Origin: Patescibacteria group bacterium
GTDB lineage: Bacteria > Patescibacteriota > Microgenomatia > UBA8517
NCBI GenBank assembly: GCA_026416845.1
Contig: JAOAEL010000006.1
Coordinates: 390-64,389, forward strand
Direction of reading: 5' to 3'
DNA: 64,000 nt
The translations under genes were made by a program, and so were the position numbers. Of this stretch, positions 61,273-64,000 are shown piece by piece. Below the pieces are notes generated by a model. That model was given only the letters and a program-made list of their open reading frames with translations, was not told the origin of the DNA and made no database searches. Within the stretch, counting starts at the first letter, position 1. The number at the start of each line of letters is the position of its first letter.

Positions 61273-62975
61273 AGCTTTTCTATATTATAAAGAGAACTTT
61301 TTATACCAATATATCCAGGAGCTCTAAGATTAAAAGCCCTTTTAAACTCATCTGCTGGAATATTAACAAAACCTTTATTAGTTGTAAAAGAAACAGACAA
61401 AGTACTACCATCTGATCCATATATAACTGAAACTGCTGAAACAGCACTATATCCACCTAAATCAAACAACTCGCTTACGGAGTACGGATTCCCTGTCCAA
61501 CAAGATTTATCTATGGGCGAAATTCGAGAAATATCACCATTTCCTTTATAAATCACGTGCCATGCGTTTAATATATCAGCCATTTGTTCAGAAGTAAGCC
61601 ACGGATGTGACCTGCCACAAGATTTACCACTGCGATCTTTATACCAAGCTTTGTAAAACCATGGAGAGCCAGCAATTTTTTCATATGCGGTCGATGGCCA
61701 ATCAGAAGAAGCATCTTTAATTCCAATCCACCCCCATTGAGAAATAGTATAACCACCAGCACTCGCTGAATAATAAGTTTTCGCGGGAACACCACCTTTA
61801 GTAAGCACCCACCCACGAGTATGACGAACAGCTTCAGCCCACTTGCCTGTTTTTAATTGAGGCTTATAAACTTGGCACTTTTCTGTTGTACAAATACTTC
61901 CTGTACCATTATTAGTCACAGCAAGAGCGTAAGTTCTAGCCGCCACAGCCTGAGCTTTTAAAGCTTCAAAACCTCCGTTATCACCCCAACTTTCAGGAAC
62001 TTCATGTATTCCAAGTAAATAATTCTCCTCAAACGGAATCCTCCCCACTCCTATCACACCTATAGTAGAGGGCACTGGATAATTTTTATTTAACTCTGTT
62101 CCTTGATAATAAGCGGCTAAAATCGTCTCAGCAGATTGTCCAGATAAGCTTCTGCCATAAGCGCCATACTGACTCATACCCACTCTATGGGGAGCTCCGA
62201 ATGAAAAAGCTGCAAAAGCGGGACGAAAACCGGGATCACAAAAAGTACTAGTACCCAAAGATCCAGAACAAGGCTCCGCAGTTGGAGGCACATCTCCAAT
62301 AGAAGTAGAAAAACCACCTGCCTTTAAAGCCAAAAGTTCTTGCTGTTTTTGAGACAAGACTGATAAATATTTTTCAGTTTTTTCAACTTCATTAGCAAGG
62401 AAGCTTGCTCTTTCATCAATTTGTTTTTTAACTTGGGCAAGATTTTTTTTATTTTGCTCCAATTTTTCTTTGTCATTCCTTAATTTAATCAATTTTTGTG
62501 CATGCTGCTGAATACTTTCGACATCAAAACTTGCAACTTTTTGTTGAATTGATATCTCTTGAAAAAACAAGTTTGCGTCATCGGAATAAATAAAAGGCAA
62601 AACTGGGTTATATAATCTAATAAACTTATAATGATTTTTTGTTTTTTCTTCAAAAACAATCTTCGTGTAATTTAAATCCTCTTGTCTTTTAAATATTTCA
62701 TTTTCTTTTATTTCTAACTCCAAAGTTAAATCTTTAATCTTTTTACTTAAACTAACGATTTGATTTTTTAAAGTAGATAATTCCTTTTTATTATTCTCAT
62801 TCGCGCTAGACAAAGCATCTATTTCCTTTTGTATCTCGGCAATTCTACAATCGTAATCTAAATTTGAACAGCCAGATGCTGAAACAAGATAAATAAAAAC
62901 AAAAAACAAAAAGCAAAAAACAATTAAAAATGCCAAATTTTTAAAAACTAAAATTGACAAATTTTTAAAAAACAT
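61269..62975 (-). CDS. SpoIID/LytB-domain protein with N-terminal coiled coil
   Basis: EALKAQAVAARTYAL…CTTEKCQVYK…YSASAGGYT match SpoIID/LytB conserved blocks; N-terminal TM plus long coiled-coil. Confidence 0.7.
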   Translation of the reverse strand: MFFKNLSILVFKNLAFLIVFCFLFFVFIYLVSASGCSNLDYDCRIAEIQKEIDALSSANENNKKELSTLKNQIVSLSKKIKDLTLELEIKENEIFKRQEDLNYTKIVFEEKTKNHYKFIRLYNPVLPFIYSDDANLFFQEISIQQKVASFDVESIQQHAQKLIKLRNDKEKLEQNKKNLAQVKKQIDERASFLANEVEKTEKYLSVLSQKQQELLALKAGGFSTSIGDVPPTAEPCSGSLGTSTFCDPGFRPAFAAFSFGAPHRVGMSQYGAYGRSLSGQSAETILAAYYQGTELNKNYPVPSTIGVIGVGRIPFEENYLLGIHEVPESWGDNGGFEALKAQAVAARTYALAVTNNGTGSICTTEKCQVYKPQLKTGKWAEAVRHTRGWVLTKGGVPAKTYYSASAGGYTISQWGWIGIKDASSDWPSTAYEKIAGSPWFYKAWYKDRSGKSCGRSHPWLTSEQMADILNAWHVIYKGNGDISRISPIDKSCWTGNPYSVSELFDLGGYSAVSAVSVIYGSDGSTLSVSFTTNKGFVNIPADEFKRAFNLRAPGYIGIKSSLYNIEKL

Positions 62976-63103
62976 TGGAATAAAACCAAAATAATCAACA
63001 AATTGTCATAAAAAAATTTAAAAACCAAAATTTAAAAATCATACACAATTATTATAACAAAATGTTTTTATCCTAGGACTTTTAGTGATACAATTATTTC
63101 ACA

Positions 63104-63403
63104 ATGGGATGCAATAGCAGCAATGGTATCGAAACGGCAATTGGTTGCATTTCTTTAATTGGTAGCAACCCATTAACAGACATGATATATATTTTTTTAA
63201 GGCTTGGAGGAAACATAGTAGGAGGAATGGGTTTAATACTTATAGTATATTCTGGATATATGTTAATGACATCGGCTGGAAATCCTCAAAAAGTTCAAGC
63301 CGCCAAAGAGTTACTTACAGCTTCAATTTCAGGTATTTTAATGTTACTTTTTGCTGTATTTTTGTTAAGAATAATTGGATCCGATTTGTTGATACTATTT
63401 TAA
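63104..63403 (+). CDS. TrbC/VirB2-like (T4SS-pilin-like) small membrane protein, paralog 1
   Basis: 99 aa; two TM helices flanking the conserved loop YMLMTSAGNPQKVQAAKELL. Confidence 0.6.
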   Translation: MGCNSSNGIETAIGCISLIGSNPLTDMIYIFLRLGGNIVGGMGLILIVYSGYMLMTSAGNPQKVQAAKELLTASISGILMLLFAVFLLRIIGSDLLILF

Positions 63404-63441
63404 ATTTAAACATTTTCAATCATGAATAAATTTTAGTTTTT

Positions 63442-63771
63442 ATGAAATCTAATTACTTGTCTTTGCGAAGAGAAGATCTTGTTCAAATGGAAAATGCCTT
63501 AACACCAAACTTTGCAGGAAAAAGTTTGGGAGATGTAATATCAGCAGCCATACCATATGTATTCAGTTTTGCGGGATTTGCTCTTTTAATTTACATTATC
63601 TTTTCTGGATATAAATTTTTGACATCGCAAGGCGATTCAAAAAAGGTAGAAATCGCAAAAGAAAACCTAACAACAGCTATAATTGGGTTCATAATAATAT
63701 TTACATCATACTTTATAGTCCAAATAATTGGAAGAATACTTGGTATAAATCAAATACAAGAAATGTTTTGA
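63442..63771 (+). CDS. T4SS-pilin-like small membrane protein, paralog 2
   Basis: 109 aa; same architecture, loop YKFLTSQGDSKKVEIAKENL. Confidence 0.6.
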   Translation: MKSNYLSLRREDLVQMENALTPNFAGKSLGDVISAAIPYVFSFAGFALLIYIIFSGYKFLTSQGDSKKVEIAKENLTTAIIGFIIIFTSYFIVQIIGRILGINQIQEMF

Positions 63772-63803
63772 ACAACAGCATCCAAACATTCAAACATAAA
63801 TAT

Positions 63804-64000
63804 ATGAACAATCTTGCAATTGACCTAGGCAGAACTTTCTTTGGGGGAAACACACCCCATCCAACTGAACAAGTAACAGGGCTTGGTTCTATGGTGTCTG
63901 TTTTTGTTTCAAACTCAATTATCTTGGCTGGTTTAATATTTATGTTTATGACAATTTATGCTGGTTTTCAAATAATAATGGCAGCGGGAGACTCAAATGA
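63804..64000 (+). CDS. T4SS-pilin-like small membrane protein, paralog 3 (partial, runs off window)
   Basis: ATG at 63804; hydrophobic helix then …FQIIMAAGDSN at the window edge, same loop signature. Confidence 0.5.
   Translation, partial: MNNLAIDLGRTFFGGNTPHPTEQVTGLGSMVSVFVSNSIILAGLIFMFMTIYAGFQIIMAAGDSN

Overview
Low-GC, gene-dense bacterial chromosome segment, most genes on the minus strand; the gene content (short proteins, TrbC/VirB2-like pilin paralogs, divergent 16S 5' end) looks like a Patescibacteria/CPR-type genome. The left edge holds the 5' end of a 16S rRNA gene (minus strand). I infer five tRNAs (Gln-UUG, Lys-UUU, Glu-UUC, and a divergent pair of CAU-anticodon tRNAs) and a tmRNA immediately after smpB. 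Housekeeping genes: dus, tmk, pth, trxA/trxB with a DsbA-like gene, ftsH, trpS, ATP-dependent DNA ligase, recF, mutM, a 5'-3' exonuclease, guaC, comF, a P-type ATPase with a CaCA antiporter, carboxypeptidase Taq, and sugar-modifying enzymes (DegT aminotransferase, Gfo/Idh/MocA, GT2, GT4). Accessory or unusual content: (i) a translationally coupled PqqD-like RRE gene plus asparagine-synthetase-like (lasso-cyclase-like) gene, with a 420-bp upstream gap holding candidate small ORFs, which is the best candidate for an undescribed RiPP-like system; (ii) a tandem array of T4SS-pilin-like small membrane proteins at the right edge, next to an envelope operon (SpoIID-like, bPH-domain, large membrane protein); (iii) a tyrosine recombinase next to a multiply frameshifted N6/N4 DNA methyltransferase remnant beside the CAU tRNA pair; (iv) a decayed class I SAM methyltransferase and a duplicated mutM 5' fragment; (v) a Fic protein; (vi) several uncharacterized operons (Zn-ribbon protein + PHP phosphoesterase; a large unknown protein convergent with a wHTH regulator). 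No CRISPR array was seen. All calls come from reading the translations and sequence by eye; no database searches were run.
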